Part shown: positions 30,701 through 39,901 of the stretch, in pieces | Position numbering within the stretch: position 1 is the stretch's first letter | Layout of the letters: each line of letters opens with the position of its first letter | Assembly: GCA_977020255.1 (NCBI GenBank) | Contig: CDROCS010000253.1 | Span: 3,286,001-3,350,000, forward strand | Direction of reading: 5' to 3' | Source: Obrimoposthia wandeli | Lineage: Eukaryota | DNA: 64,000 bases | Made by a program: the position numbers and the translations under genes | Notes under the pieces: generated by a model | The model's database searches: none | Told to the model about the DNA's origin: nothing | Seen by the model: the letters and a program-made list of their open reading frames with translations, nothing else

Positions 30701-30828
30701 AAATGGTTTTACGTGTTAGCAAAAAGGGTGAATTTTGGGGTTGTCGAAATTATAAAGGCAATGATCCAATGAGTTGTAAAAATGGCATAGATAATTCTAA
30801 GGTAAACTGGCCTGAATTGGTGACCTAA
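27721..30828 (+). CDS. helD: DNA helicase IV (UvrD/SF1A) with an inserted PD-(D/E)xK-like domain and C-terminal topoisomerase-type Zn ribbons (likely start ATG 27751)
   Basis: Walker A AGAGTGKT, Walker B MVDEFQD, VGDDWQAIYRF, SFHASKGKEA, EERRLFYVALTRAR. Insert YQPDFFLPELNVYIEYYG. Three Cys4 ribbons at the C-terminus. Confidence 0.85.
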   Translation: MRFFKTNVVLMNSNSQTAVDSIDQQSVHCIPSSFFCRFIGIPTAIKISDSGVVIDLENCLTKIKWRELIAPPSFHLSFFGQIISFKTASRHYVFTMLAYHSKRKYKNDCEQLWAAANISRVETLLTAIEKFKTNRYLRRSTIERIQLAAKQELVRWLPWLTSNRSTKATSSLTNVIEIIQRLSTYQRWSEQAIADCRESYINEQLQAHKAFFDNVESNPLTQCQRRACIIDNDNNLLLAGAGTGKTSVMVGRTGYLLNSQQATSDEILLLAYGRKAANEMDERIRDKLSTDKISASTFHSVGLSIIAQVEGGKPSLSVFADDEKAKSSWIQSCFEKLMNEDKQYRALILEYFSKYYYVERSAFDFNSKGEYYQYLTDNDIRSFKGEQVNSFGELYIANSLFTYGIEYQYQAKYAYDVKTSERKQYQPDFFLPELNVYIEYYGIDENENSAPYLDKEEYRKGIQWKRDTHNKFSTVCLEFSYAQHKEGQLLSALKASLIALQKQSDLSAADPLTTEVIATKLRSIELIPTEVILATLKESGKITELAKTFTQLVGLYKAACLDATLASTLDGTLENTLQAKIIANSAEPKQTEKALTLLKPILSAYQQYLTFHGEIDFDDMINKALVYVQAGKFQSPWRYIMVDEFQDISEPRARLVKALRDNNKECSVFAVGDDWQAIYRFSGADVTLTTNFSTYFGSTTQSALDQTFRFNNHIGKVATDFISKNPAQINKNITSLKQVNAPAVSLLKRDNSQFRSRKATLIDEMANGGIDDVLAAISAKVCQPVTVYLLARFWFLLPSNIDINRLNNQYPLLTIDAQSFHASKGKEADYVIIVGLKKGAHGFPSEKATPALLDALLARKETFAYAEERRLFYVALTRARDRVYIIADMTESNHFVKELVSDHQIELNEFESTVSQSLVDDLHCLVCETGLLKKRTGRFGAFYACSHFPRCAYKEKPCAKCESPMTHKRYSGFKLCLNDSCKNLIPTCSQCNAEMVLRVSKKGEFWGCRNYKGNDPMSCKNGIDNSKVNWPELVT

Positions 30829-30994
30829 AAGGGTATTATTCTCGCTGAGTGGTTAATAACTTAGTCAATTTGGTATTTAGTTTTCTCTTGCTCTATAAAG
30901 CTCAGCTATAACAGCGTAGGATCAAGCTACTTTAGATAAAAACTTAGGTTTGCACTTATACCAGTGGGTATTAGGTGCACTAACATAAAAAATT

Positions 30995-32344
30995 ATGCAA
31001 CTAACAGCAAAAGCATCACTTACTAACGCTTTACTTATTTCTATTTGTACACCTGAATTTAAAGGTGATGAAGCAACAGAATCACTTGCAGAGCTTGCGC
31101 GTTTAGTGACTACACTAGGATTTAAAGTAGTCGGCACTCAGTCGCAAAAGCAGAGTTCGACTAAAAGAGTTAATGTACTCGGTTTAGGGAAACTGGCAGA
31201 AATAGCGCATCTTACGGGTAACCAAGGTGTGGTTGAAGGCGAAGAAAATGAAGACTTATTTGAAGAAATAACGAATGAAGCAGACTTTAGCGATATCCCA
31301 TCAGATAATCTTCCGTTTGCTTGTGCTGATGTGGTGGTATTTGATTGTGATTTAAGCCCATCTCAGCTGCGAAATGTTGAGAATCAATTAGGTGTAGAGG
31401 TATTTGACCGTACTGGTATTATTATTGAAATATTTAGTCGTCATGCCCGTACCAAAACAGCGAAATTACAAGTTGAAATTGCTCGTCTTAATTATGTAGC
31501 GCCACGACTTCGTGAAACATCATGTGGTGATAAAGAACGCCAAATGGGTAAAGGCGCTGGCGAAACTACGCTAGAGTTAAATCGCCGTGCAGTACGAGAT
31601 CAATTAGCAGAGCTCAAGCGTGAGTTGGTCAGTGTTCAAGATGAGATGAAAGGCCGACGTACTCAACGTTCTGAGCTTTTTTGTGTTGCCTTGGTTGGTT
31701 ATACCAATGCGGGCAAGTCATCAATGATGCGTGCTATCACCGGTAGTGACGTTGAAGGTGAAAACAAACTTTTTGCGACGCTTGATACTACAGTTCGTGC
31801 TTTATTTCCTATCACCCAACCAAGAATATTAGTGTCAGATACTGTTGGTTTTATTAAAAAGTTACCACACGATCTAGTCGCCTCATTTCATTCAACCTTA
31901 GCAGAAGCGCAGGATGCTTCATTGTTGTTATATGTAGTCGATGCCTCGGATCCTTCGTTTCGTGCGCAACTCGATGTCGTGCACGAAGTGCTGGACGAAG
32001 TCGGTGTTGAAGACAGTAAAAAATTACTGGTACTGAACAAATCAGATCAACTTAGCATTGAGCAACAACAAGCACTGATGGAAGAATTTCCTGATGCTAT
32101 GCTGACATCAGCGCGTAATCCAGCTGATGTGAGTAAATTGCATAAATATATCGTTGAAATTGCTCAAGAAGAGATGATTGAAGAGGAGATTATTGTTCCT
32201 TATACCGCTAACGGTATCATAGGTGAAATTCGATCGAGAATGAGTGTTACTAAAGAAGAATATGAAAATAGTCATATTAAGGTAACGGTACGATCAAATG
32301 CAATTGATCTAGCAAGATTGAAAAAACGTATGCTGAGTTTATAA
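30995..32344 (+). CDS. hflX: HflX GTPase, paralog outside the hfq-hflKC context
   Basis: IIEIFSRHART…KLQVEIARL, GYTNAGKSS, LFATLDTT, DTVGFIKKLPHDLVASFHSTL, and NKSD. Confidence 0.93.
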   Translation: MQLTAKASLTNALLISICTPEFKGDEATESLAELARLVTTLGFKVVGTQSQKQSSTKRVNVLGLGKLAEIAHLTGNQGVVEGEENEDLFEEITNEADFSDIPSDNLPFACADVVVFDCDLSPSQLRNVENQLGVEVFDRTGIIIEIFSRHARTKTAKLQVEIARLNYVAPRLRETSCGDKERQMGKGAGETTLELNRRAVRDQLAELKRELVSVQDEMKGRRTQRSELFCVALVGYTNAGKSSMMRAITGSDVEGENKLFATLDTTVRALFPITQPRILVSDTVGFIKKLPHDLVASFHSTLAEAQDASLLLYVVDASDPSFRAQLDVVHEVLDEVGVEDSKKLLVLNKSDQLSIEQQQALMEEFPDAMLTSARNPADVSKLHKYIVEIAQEEMIEEEIIVPYTANGIIGEIRSRMSVTKEEYENSHIKVTVRSNAIDLARLKKRMLSL

Positions 32345-32428
32345 AAAATTCTGAGAGAGTTATACCTCAATTTTTTATACTTAGTTATACCTAGTTAAGG
32401 TCGATAGAGGAGTTGTTTATTAGTGCTG

Positions 32429-32640
32429 TCAGCTAATAAATAGTTCCTCTTTTTTTCGCTCTAATAATACTTCGATACTGAAAACGCCTAACAACATAAT
32501 ATGTCTCATTGATTCTAGCTGAGTGAACATATTCACTACGTCGCAACAACCTAACCAAAAAATTATCTTGGAAAGGTTGAAGAATATCCTCCAATAAATC
32601 CCCGTTGAAACAAATGTCATACATCTTCAGTTCGGCTAAA
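32429..32640 (-). pseudogene. 5'-truncated gene remnant of unknown family
   Basis: The frame is open from about 32640 (LAELKMYDICFNGDLLEDIL…RAKKRGTIY). It begins at a small AATACC…GGTATT inverted repeat and has no clear RBS. Confidence 0.3.
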
Positions 32641-32672
32641 AATACCGAACGTGGGTATTAAGTTGCTCATTA

Positions 32673-32688
32673 CACTCTTTAGGGGGTA
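32673..32688 (+). promoter_or_regulatory. 7-2-7 motif copy 1 (upstream of the ureohydrolase)
   Basis: CACTCTT-TA-GGGGGTA. Confidence 0.55.
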
Positions 32689-32817
32689 ACTTAAAATTTA
32701 CTAAGCTGTATATTAATAAACAAAAGGTGGTTTTCTATTTTTTGTGCTGTGTTAAGTATATAGCCAATAGAAATTCTTACTTATATTCAAATAATTATTT
32801 AAATTCATAAGGCGTAA

Positions 32818-33777
32818 ATGATGGAAAAACAACGATTTAACCAACCATTAGGTGGAAACGAAATGCCACGTTTTGGTGGCCCAGGCACCATGTTTCGCCT
32901 ACCAACTAGTGAACTCTCAAAAGATTTAGATATCGGTATTGTTGGTGTGCCTTTAGATATTGGCGCCAGTAATCGCAGTGGTACTCGTTTTGGTCCACGT
33001 TCAGTTAGAAATGAATCGGTATTAGTTCGCCCTTATGGTATGTATACGAAAGCAGCTCCTTTTGATAGTTTTCAAATTGCTGATATTGGTGATGCACCAA
33101 TTAACACATTTAACTTAGCAGACTCAATTCGCATTATTGAAAGCCATTACGATAAAATTATGGCATGTGATATTAAACCAATGACTGTTGGTGGTGATCA
33201 CACCATTAGTTTACCTATTCTTCGCGCTTTATATAAAAAGCATGGCACTATGGCACTTGTACATGTTGATGCTCATGCAGATATTAATAACTCAATGTTT
33301 GGTGAAAAAGAGTGTCACGGCACTATTTTTAGGCGCGCAATTGAAGAAGGATTAGTTGATCCTAAAAAAATGATCCAAATAGGACTGCGTGCTACCGGTT
33401 ATAGCTCTGAGGATTTTCAATGGGCTGTTGACCGTGGTGTACGCGTTGTACAAGCTGAAGAGTGTTGGTTAAAGTCTTTAGTGCCATTAATGAATGAAGT
33501 TAGAGAGGTTATTGGCGAGAAAATGCCAACGTACTTAACGTTTGATATTGACGGTATCGATCCTGCATTTGCTCCGGGTACAGGTACGCCAGAGCCAGCA
33601 GGGCTAACATCTCCGCAAGCACTGGAGATTATTCGAGGTATGTTTGGTACTAACCTAATTGGTGCTGATTTAGTGGAAGTTTCTCCGCCATATGATACTT
33701 CTGGTAATACGTCTTTACTTGCGGCGAATCTTATCTTTGAAATGCTTTGTAGCTTTCCTAGTTGTATCCGACGATAA
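32818..33777 (+). CDS. Ureohydrolase, guanidinobutyrase (GbuA)-like / agmatinase family
   Basis: The N-terminus QPLGGNEMPRFGG resembles Pseudomonas GbuA. Mn-ligand motifs GGDHT, DAHAD, CHGT and DIDGIDP are present. Confidence 0.88.
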   Translation: MMEKQRFNQPLGGNEMPRFGGPGTMFRLPTSELSKDLDIGIVGVPLDIGASNRSGTRFGPRSVRNESVLVRPYGMYTKAAPFDSFQIADIGDAPINTFNLADSIRIIESHYDKIMACDIKPMTVGGDHTISLPILRALYKKHGTMALVHVDAHADINNSMFGEKECHGTIFRRAIEEGLVDPKKMIQIGLRATGYSSEDFQWAVDRGVRVVQAEECWLKSLVPLMNEVREVIGEKMPTYLTFDIDGIDPAFAPGTGTPEPAGLTSPQALEIIRGMFGTNLIGADLVEVSPPYDTSGNTSLLAANLIFEMLCSFPSCIRR

Positions 33778-34410
33778 ATATTAGTAAGCAGCCAATTAAG
33801 CCAAAAATAGATGGGGTATATTTTTATATATGCCATTTATTTTAACTATTTGATGGGAAATATACAGTTATTACGATGTTTTCCGTTGTCGCCATATAGT
33901 TTGTCACCAGTATCTTCAATCATCGAAAAACACCTCATAAACGAACATCATATGGATACAAATTTCATTAAATTATTGGCCACTTTTTCGGGCTAAAAAA
34001 CGCCAAGGTTACGTTACTCTCAATCCCAATAGCCATATATTACTCAATTTAATGTTTGCCTCGATTTATTTCCCTTTGCAAAACAAGACTATAAATTTAA
34101 TGAAAATGATATTGGTCATTGGCTTTGGAATAAATAGTATTTTATCAAAAATTTCTTAATGTTTGATTTACATCAAACCTAAGGTTTAATGTTTAGTATT
34201 TAACCTTGGTTAAATTTGTTATTCAATAGGTACAATAAATTGCCGCGGAAGTTGATATGCAAAATAGCCTATAACTCGGTTTACACGATGACCATTTAAT
34301 TAAAAGTTTCATATAAAAACGATAGTTGGCAGAGCAGTGCGACACAAGTAGCAGGAACAAATCTTGGTACGGGTCATATTAACACTGCGCTAGTTCTTCA
34401 CATTTGCTAA

Positions 34411-35796
34411 GTGCATATCTACAAAAGGTCAATTGTTATGGGGTCACATGAGCCTGCAAGTTTCAGTTTTAATAAACCTAGAGTGCCAAGTGAAGAATAT
34501 CGAAAAAATTATAGCCAGTTAACTAAACATGAACATTTTAGTCAAAACTATGCGGGTTTGCATGCGAGGCCATTTCCTGTGCTTACCACGCCTTTTCGTA
34601 TCTCCCAGTTATGTTTTTTACATGACGAAACGGATAGTCATGAGCATGAGCTCGTTCTTTTACGTGAAATATGTCAACGCTATAGCGTTAATTTACCGGG
34701 TAAAGATGTTTCTTGCTTCTACCAAGTCTTAGGTGGATATGAAATTAGATGGGAGCGACATACTGAATTTAGTAGCTATACATTTTTGCTTAACGACAGT
34801 GATGATAAACCTTTTATATCAACACCCATTGAATTGATCCCTATTGACTGGTTACAACGTGTGCCAGGGAAGGTTATATCTGCGGTGCATATTGAAGCAT
34901 TAGACGTAAAAACCGTTGATTTAGAAAAAGACTCTTTACGGCAGTATTTTGAAGGTCAGCGCTTAATTGGCTCTACATTGCATCATGGTGAAGCCTCAAT
35001 TTATAGTGCAATGCGATTGCATAGTGATAGCTTTAATCGAATCTTGTTGGTGAATAACAGTTTAAATGAATGCCAAAATGGCAGAGTACTGAGGACTTTG
35101 CTTGAAATTGAGGCATATCGCAACATGGCGTTATTAGCGTTTCCTCTAGCACAAGACGTTAGCGCTAAAGTTAGTCAAATGGAATCACAATTAGCACGGT
35201 TACTAAAAGCGCAAAATAGCAGTAAAACCTCAACTGACGAAAAATCTCAGCTTACGGTACTTTCTGAAATGGCTGCCATTATTGCTGAATTGATTGCAAA
35301 TTCTCGTTATCGATTTGATGCAGCTACGGCTTATTACCAAATGGTTGAAAGTCGGCTAGGAGAGCTAGAAGAACGAGAAATAGATGAATTACAGACCCTA
35401 ACTTCATTCATAGAACGTCGATTATCACCCGCGTGTCGTACTGTACTAGCAGCTAAGCGCAGACTTGACGATTTAGCGTCAAGGGTTGATAGGGCAAGTG
35501 ACTTTCTTCGGACACGCATCGATATGGTCATAGAAACCCAAAACCAAGCATTACTTCAGTCAATGGATAGAAGGGCCAAAATGCAATTTAATTTGCAACA
35601 AACGGTTGAAGGATTGTCTGTGGTTGTTATGACTTATTATGTGCTTCAGCTTTTTGATTATATGTTGCAAGCAGCGGGTAGCTTTGGCTGGCATGTAAAT
35701 AAAGCCATGAGCATCTCGATACTGATGCCCATTGTTTTTGGTAGTGTTTGGTTATTAAGCCGGCGCATAAAAAAGCGCTTAAATAATATTGAATAA
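34411..35796 (+). CDS. DUF3422 family membrane-anchored protein (likely start ATG 34438)
   Basis: LHARPF, RWERHTEFSSYTF, GRVLRTLLEIEAYRNMALLAFP, QQTVEGLSVVVMTYY. Confidence 0.88.
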   Translation: MHIYKRSIVMGSHEPASFSFNKPRVPSEEYRKNYSQLTKHEHFSQNYAGLHARPFPVLTTPFRISQLCFLHDETDSHEHELVLLREICQRYSVNLPGKDVSCFYQVLGGYEIRWERHTEFSSYTFLLNDSDDKPFISTPIELIPIDWLQRVPGKVISAVHIEALDVKTVDLEKDSLRQYFEGQRLIGSTLHHGEASIYSAMRLHSDSFNRILLVNNSLNECQNGRVLRTLLEIEAYRNMALLAFPLAQDVSAKVSQMESQLARLLKAQNSSKTSTDEKSQLTVLSEMAAIIAELIANSRYRFDAATAYYQMVESRLGELEEREIDELQTLTSFIERRLSPACRTVLAAKRRLDDLASRVDRASDFLRTRIDMVIETQNQALLQSMDRRAKMQFNLQQTVEGLSVVVMTYYVLQLFDYMLQAAGSFGWHVNKAMSISILMPIVFGSVWLLSRRIKKRLNNIE

Positions 35797-35885
35797 TACA
35801 AAGGTATTATTTGTTAATCATCATAGGAAATGACAATACCTGTAACTTATTGTTAACAGGCTTTTGTGATATTAATTTTTTCACC

Positions 35886-35901
35886 TCCCCGTAGGGGGGT
35901 A
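35886..35901 (+). promoter_or_regulatory. 7-2-7 motif copy 2 (upstream of the ALDH-permease operon)
   Basis: TCCCCGT-AG-GGGGGTA. Confidence 0.5.
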
Positions 35902-35958
35902 TTTTTGTAGTCTGGACTAACTTAGCCTTAGATTCCAGTAAAATAGCAGGATAAAAGA

Positions 35959-37380
35959 ATGTATAACTATAATAAATTTTATATTAATGGTAGCTGGCAA
36001 CGCCCACACAGCGATGCAATCATTGATGTATTAAATCCGGCTAATGCTCAGCTTTGCGCACAAACGCCTAGTGCTAATAATACGGATGTAGACGCTGCAA
36101 TTGCTGCAGCTAAAACTGCGTTTCCAGCGTGGTCAGTAACGACTAGCGAAGAACGAAGTCGTTTTATTGTCGCTATCGTAGATGAAATGGAAAAGAGAAC
36201 TGATGAGTTAACTGATGCAATCACAATGACGATGGGGTGTCCTAGACATTTATCGTTAGACATTCAAGTAAAAGGCGCCATTGAAGCTTTGAGGCACTAT
36301 GCTGATATGACAACTTATGTTGAAGAGTCAAAAAGCCTAGATGGCGTGATGCAATTTAATTCTGCAGTAGGTGTCTGCATACTGATTAACCCTTGGAATT
36401 ATCCTTTATCTCAATTAATTGGCAAGCTAGGTCCGGCGTTAGCAACGGGTTGTACTGTAGTCGTTAAACCGGCAGAGCAAACGCCTTTACAAGATTTAAT
36501 ACTTGCTGAAATCATGCACAAAGTTGGTTTGCCTGCTGGTGTATTTAATGTGATTACGGGGTTTGGATCGCAAATAGGGGAACATTTATGCTCACACCCT
36601 GATGTTGATATGGTGTCATTTACGGGCTCTACTGGTGCTGGTATTAAAGTAGCCCAAGCAGCATCAAGTACCGTGAAGCGAGTCTGTCAGGAGTTAGGGG
36701 GTAAATCACCTTATATTATTACCGAAGATGCAGATTTATCAGCGGCAGTTCGTTATGGTGTTGAAGATGTCATGATTAATTCAGGACAAACATGTTGTGC
36801 CTTAACACGTATGTTAGTCCCTAATAGTTTATATCAACAAGCAATTGACATTGCTAAATCAGTTGCTGAAGAAAATATTGTCGGCGATCCGCAAAACGAA
36901 AACACTACCATGGGGCCGTTAAGCTCAGCCTTACAACAAAAACGAGTTTTAGAATATATCAATATAGGTATTAAAGAAGGTGCTGAAATTGTAACCGGTG
37001 GAACAGAATTACCTACCGAATTACAACAAGGTGCTTACGTAATGCCTACCATTTTTACTAATGTTACCAATGACATGACCATTGCTCGGGAAGAGATATT
37101 TGGTCCTGTGCTTTGCATAATCCCTTATTCAGATGAACAAGAAGCAATTCAAATTGCCAATGACACTGTATTTGGATTGTCATCAGGTGTATTTGCTAAA
37201 GACAAAACGTCGGCGTTAAAGATTGCTCGCAAAATTCGTGCAGGTCAATCTTATGTTCAAGGTACCTATTTTACTTCACATGCACCCTTTGGCGGTTTTA
37301 AACAATCAGGTAATGGGCGTGAGTGGGGCAGAGAAGGCTTGCGTGAATTTGTCGAAGTTCAGTCAATTATTATTGAATAG
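35959..37380 (+). CDS. NAD-dependent aldehyde dehydrogenase
   Basis: INPWNYP, KPAEQTP, SFTGSTGAG, QELGGKSP, catalytic NSGQTC, EEIFGPV, and PFGGFKQSG. Confidence 0.95.
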   Translation: MYNYNKFYINGSWQRPHSDAIIDVLNPANAQLCAQTPSANNTDVDAAIAAAKTAFPAWSVTTSEERSRFIVAIVDEMEKRTDELTDAITMTMGCPRHLSLDIQVKGAIEALRHYADMTTYVEESKSLDGVMQFNSAVGVCILINPWNYPLSQLIGKLGPALATGCTVVVKPAEQTPLQDLILAEIMHKVGLPAGVFNVITGFGSQIGEHLCSHPDVDMVSFTGSTGAGIKVAQAASSTVKRVCQELGGKSPYIITEDADLSAAVRYGVEDVMINSGQTCCALTRMLVPNSLYQQAIDIAKSVAEENIVGDPQNENTTMGPLSSALQQKRVLEYINIGIKEGAEIVTGGTELPTELQQGAYVMPTIFTNVTNDMTIAREEIFGPVLCIIPYSDEQEAIQIANDTVFGLSSGVFAKDKTSALKIARKIRAGQSYVQGTYFTSHAPFGGFKQSGNGREWGREGLREFVEVQSIIIE

Positions 37381-37389
37381 GGGAAAGTT

Positions 37390-38793
37390 ATGAGTGAAGT
37401 ACATTTACATGAGAAAACACTTGGCAAACGGGATATATTTTTATTTTGTATCTCAGCCGTTTTATTACTAGATACATTGGCTGCCGGTGCAGTGATGGGC
37501 CCAGCGGTTATTTTTTGGTGGGTTATATTAACAATATTCTTTTTGGTTCCTTTTGGTGCCATCAGTACTGAACTCGGCTCTGCCTACCCCGAACAAGGGG
37601 GAATTTATGCATGGGTTAAACGTGCATATGGGCAAAAAATGGCATCTCGCATTAGTTGGTACTATTGGGCCAATGTCGCCGTGTGGATCCCCGCTATCTT
37701 TATTTTGTTTGCGGGTGTTTTTTCACAAATGTTTTATCCAGAGATGTCTCTTACTGCACAAATAGTCCTAGGTGTTGTGCTTATTTGGGTAACGGTATTA
37801 GTTAATGTTGTTGCCTTAAATATCGGTAAATGGATCCCAAATATTGGTGCAGCGGCTAAATTAATTATTTTCCTTTTATTGATTATTGGCGGCGTCTCAT
37901 ATGGTATGGAACACGGAATAGCCAATGAGTTTACGCTTGCTACCATGATCCCAAGTATAGAGAATGGTGGTTTGAGCTTACAATATTTACCTGCTGTTGT
38001 TTACGGTATGTTAGGTTTTGAATTAGCCAGTGCTAGTAGTGCAGAAATGACAAATCCAAGAAAAGATTTACCGAAAGCTGTTTTTTCTTCTATTGCGGTT
38101 GTCGTGGGTGCCTATGTCTTAGCCACCACTGCAATTCTTATTGCACAACCTGCAGCAGATGTTGATGTTGTTGATGGTTTAATGGACACATTAACAATGT
38201 TATTTGGCGGAACGCCTTTAGGTGATGCTTTTGTTGTTGCTTTAGGTGTTGGCGCGCTTTATACCTTCTTTTCAAACGGGGCAACTTGGGCGATGGGAGC
38301 TAACCGCGCTGCCGCTGAAGCTGCAATTGATAAAGAGCTTCCTGCTGTTTTTGCTAAAGAGTCAAAACATGGTACGCCAGTAGGTGCAGCTGTTTTATTA
38401 GGTATTTCAGCATCTATACTATTGATTTTGTACGGCCTGATGGCGGGTAATAACGAAGATTTATTCTGGTCACTATTTGCCTTTAGTGGTGTTATTTTTA
38501 TGCTACCTTACGTGGCTATGTGTACGGCATTTGTAAAAATACGAGAGCAACATATCGGGATAAATGGAAAAATAGCAGAAGATGGTTTTTTTAGATTTCC
38601 GGGCAGTCCTCGCGTTGCAAAATTCTTCGCTTATTTATGTGCAGCCATCTTATCTGTAACTATCGTATTATTTATCTATGTTCCAGGAGAAGGTATAACT
38701 TGGGAAGTGCTTTGGGGAGCATTAGCAGTAATATTTATCGGTGAAGTAGTGACGTACCACAGTCATAAGAAAATGACATTTGCGCATAACTAA
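37390..38793 (+). CDS. APC-family amine/amino-acid permease (AguD/PotE-like)
   Basis: ELGSAYPEQGGIYAWVKRAYG and GFELASASSAEMTNPRKDLPKA. About 12 TM segments; 9 nt after the ALDH stop. Confidence 0.9.
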   Translation: MSEVHLHEKTLGKRDIFLFCISAVLLLDTLAAGAVMGPAVIFWWVILTIFFLVPFGAISTELGSAYPEQGGIYAWVKRAYGQKMASRISWYYWANVAVWIPAIFILFAGVFSQMFYPEMSLTAQIVLGVVLIWVTVLVNVVALNIGKWIPNIGAAAKLIIFLLLIIGGVSYGMEHGIANEFTLATMIPSIENGGLSLQYLPAVVYGMLGFELASASSAEMTNPRKDLPKAVFSSIAVVVGAYVLATTAILIAQPAADVDVVDGLMDTLTMLFGGTPLGDAFVVALGVGALYTFFSNGATWAMGANRAAAEAAIDKELPAVFAKESKHGTPVGAAVLLGISASILLILYGLMAGNNEDLFWSLFAFSGVIFMLPYVAMCTAFVKIREQHIGINGKIAEDGFFRFPGSPRVAKFFAYLCAAILSVTIVLFIYVPGEGITWEVLWGALAVIFIGEVVTYHSHKKMTFAHN

Positions 38794-38818
38794 ACGGTTA
38801 AAAAATCGGTATTAAATT

Positions 38819-38852
38819 AAAACAGCGATCATTTTGAGCCGCTGTTTTTTTT
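38819..38852 (+). terminator. Intrinsic terminator after the permease
   Basis: AAAACAGCG-loop-CGCTGTTTT followed by a T run. Confidence 0.75.
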
Positions 38853-38902
38853 GTTTTTATATCTTATGATCAAATAAATAAATTTGCTGGGTTGTTTATT
38901 CA

Positions 38903-39727
38903 ATGAAGTTAGAAAAATTTAGTTTGGCATTAATCGAATTATCACAAAATGTTGGCACCGAATTCTTTTACCCAAAACTGAAAGATGTATTTGAGAGCAC
39001 TTTAGGTTTTGATGAATTACTGGTACTGCAACTTAATAAAGTAGCAGATGCGAAGCTTTACTATCGCTATGGTGTTGATGGCATTAAAAATAGGCTTCAA
39101 GGTGAAGATGCTTGGAAGTATTTAACACGGTTGTATGTGCTAGATCCCTTTTATCGAATCTTTGCGGATAAAAATAAGTTTGGTTTTTATGAATTAGATG
39201 AAATAGCACCGGATGAGTTTTCAAATATTTATGATTCCTATTTTAATTTTCTTAAATTATCTGATGAAGTGGGTTTCTTATTTCCAATCGATGACGATAA
39301 TTGTTTGCATATCGATTTATCCAGGTTTGGTGAAAACAACAAGTTTTCAGTACAAGAGAAAGCTTTGCTTAACCAGCTATACCTGCCTTTACAAATATTG
39401 TGTACGAAACATTTATCTATTACGGATGATGATAATGAAACAACCAACTCAAATGTAGAAAATGTGCTTATTAACTTTGGTAAGGACATATTAACGAAAA
39501 AAGAATACCAGGTGTGCCAGCTGTTGCTTCAAGGAAACTCGACTAAAGCGATAGGTAACATCATGGAAATTGGTTATGAAACCGTAAAAATGCATAAAAA
39601 AAATATTTATGGGAAAACATTTTTATCTAGTCAATCAGAGTTATTAGCTTTGTTTATTGAAATTTTACAACAAAATGCTTTAGATAAAGATATCGACCAT
39701 TTATCTGTCTATATGAAGCAATTATAA
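38903..39727 (+). CDS. LuxR-family regulator with a GAF-like ligand domain
   Basis: N-terminal YVLDPFY segment and C-terminal HTH (LTKKEYQVCQLLLQGNSTKAIG…ETVKMHKKNIYGK). Confidence 0.88.
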   Translation: MKLEKFSLALIELSQNVGTEFFYPKLKDVFESTLGFDELLVLQLNKVADAKLYYRYGVDGIKNRLQGEDAWKYLTRLYVLDPFYRIFADKNKFGFYELDEIAPDEFSNIYDSYFNFLKLSDEVGFLFPIDDDNCLHIDLSRFGENNKFSVQEKALLNQLYLPLQILCTKHLSITDDDNETTNSNVENVLINFGKDILTKKEYQVCQLLLQGNSTKAIGNIMEIGYETVKMHKKNIYGKTFLSSQSELLALFIEILQQNALDKDIDHLSVYMKQL

Positions 39728-39748
39728 ATGTTTATATTACTCAATAGC

Positions 39749-39764
39749 TACCTATTAGGGGGTA
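39749..39764 (+). promoter_or_regulatory. 7-2-7 motif copy 3 (upstream of the FAD oxidoreductase)
   Basis: TACCTAT-TA-GGGGGTA inside the imperfect palindrome GCTACCTATTAGGGGGTAGC. Confidence 0.6.
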
Positions 39765-39901
39765 GCGAAAAGCGCTAATAAGGTTAACGTAGTACTACAT
39801 TATAAATGGTGTGAGTTAAAAGTTACCAACGAAATCATTGACGAAATTGTTCTGATAAATAATTTTTAGATGGGTTTTATTCTCACCAAAATACGTTTTA
39901 C

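Noticed and set aside
27721-30828. Equating this HelD with the RNA-polymerase-recycling HelD/HelR of Firmicutes and Actinobacteria
   Set aside because: The sequence looks like gammaproteobacterial DNA helicase IV, and the shared name does not imply shared function.
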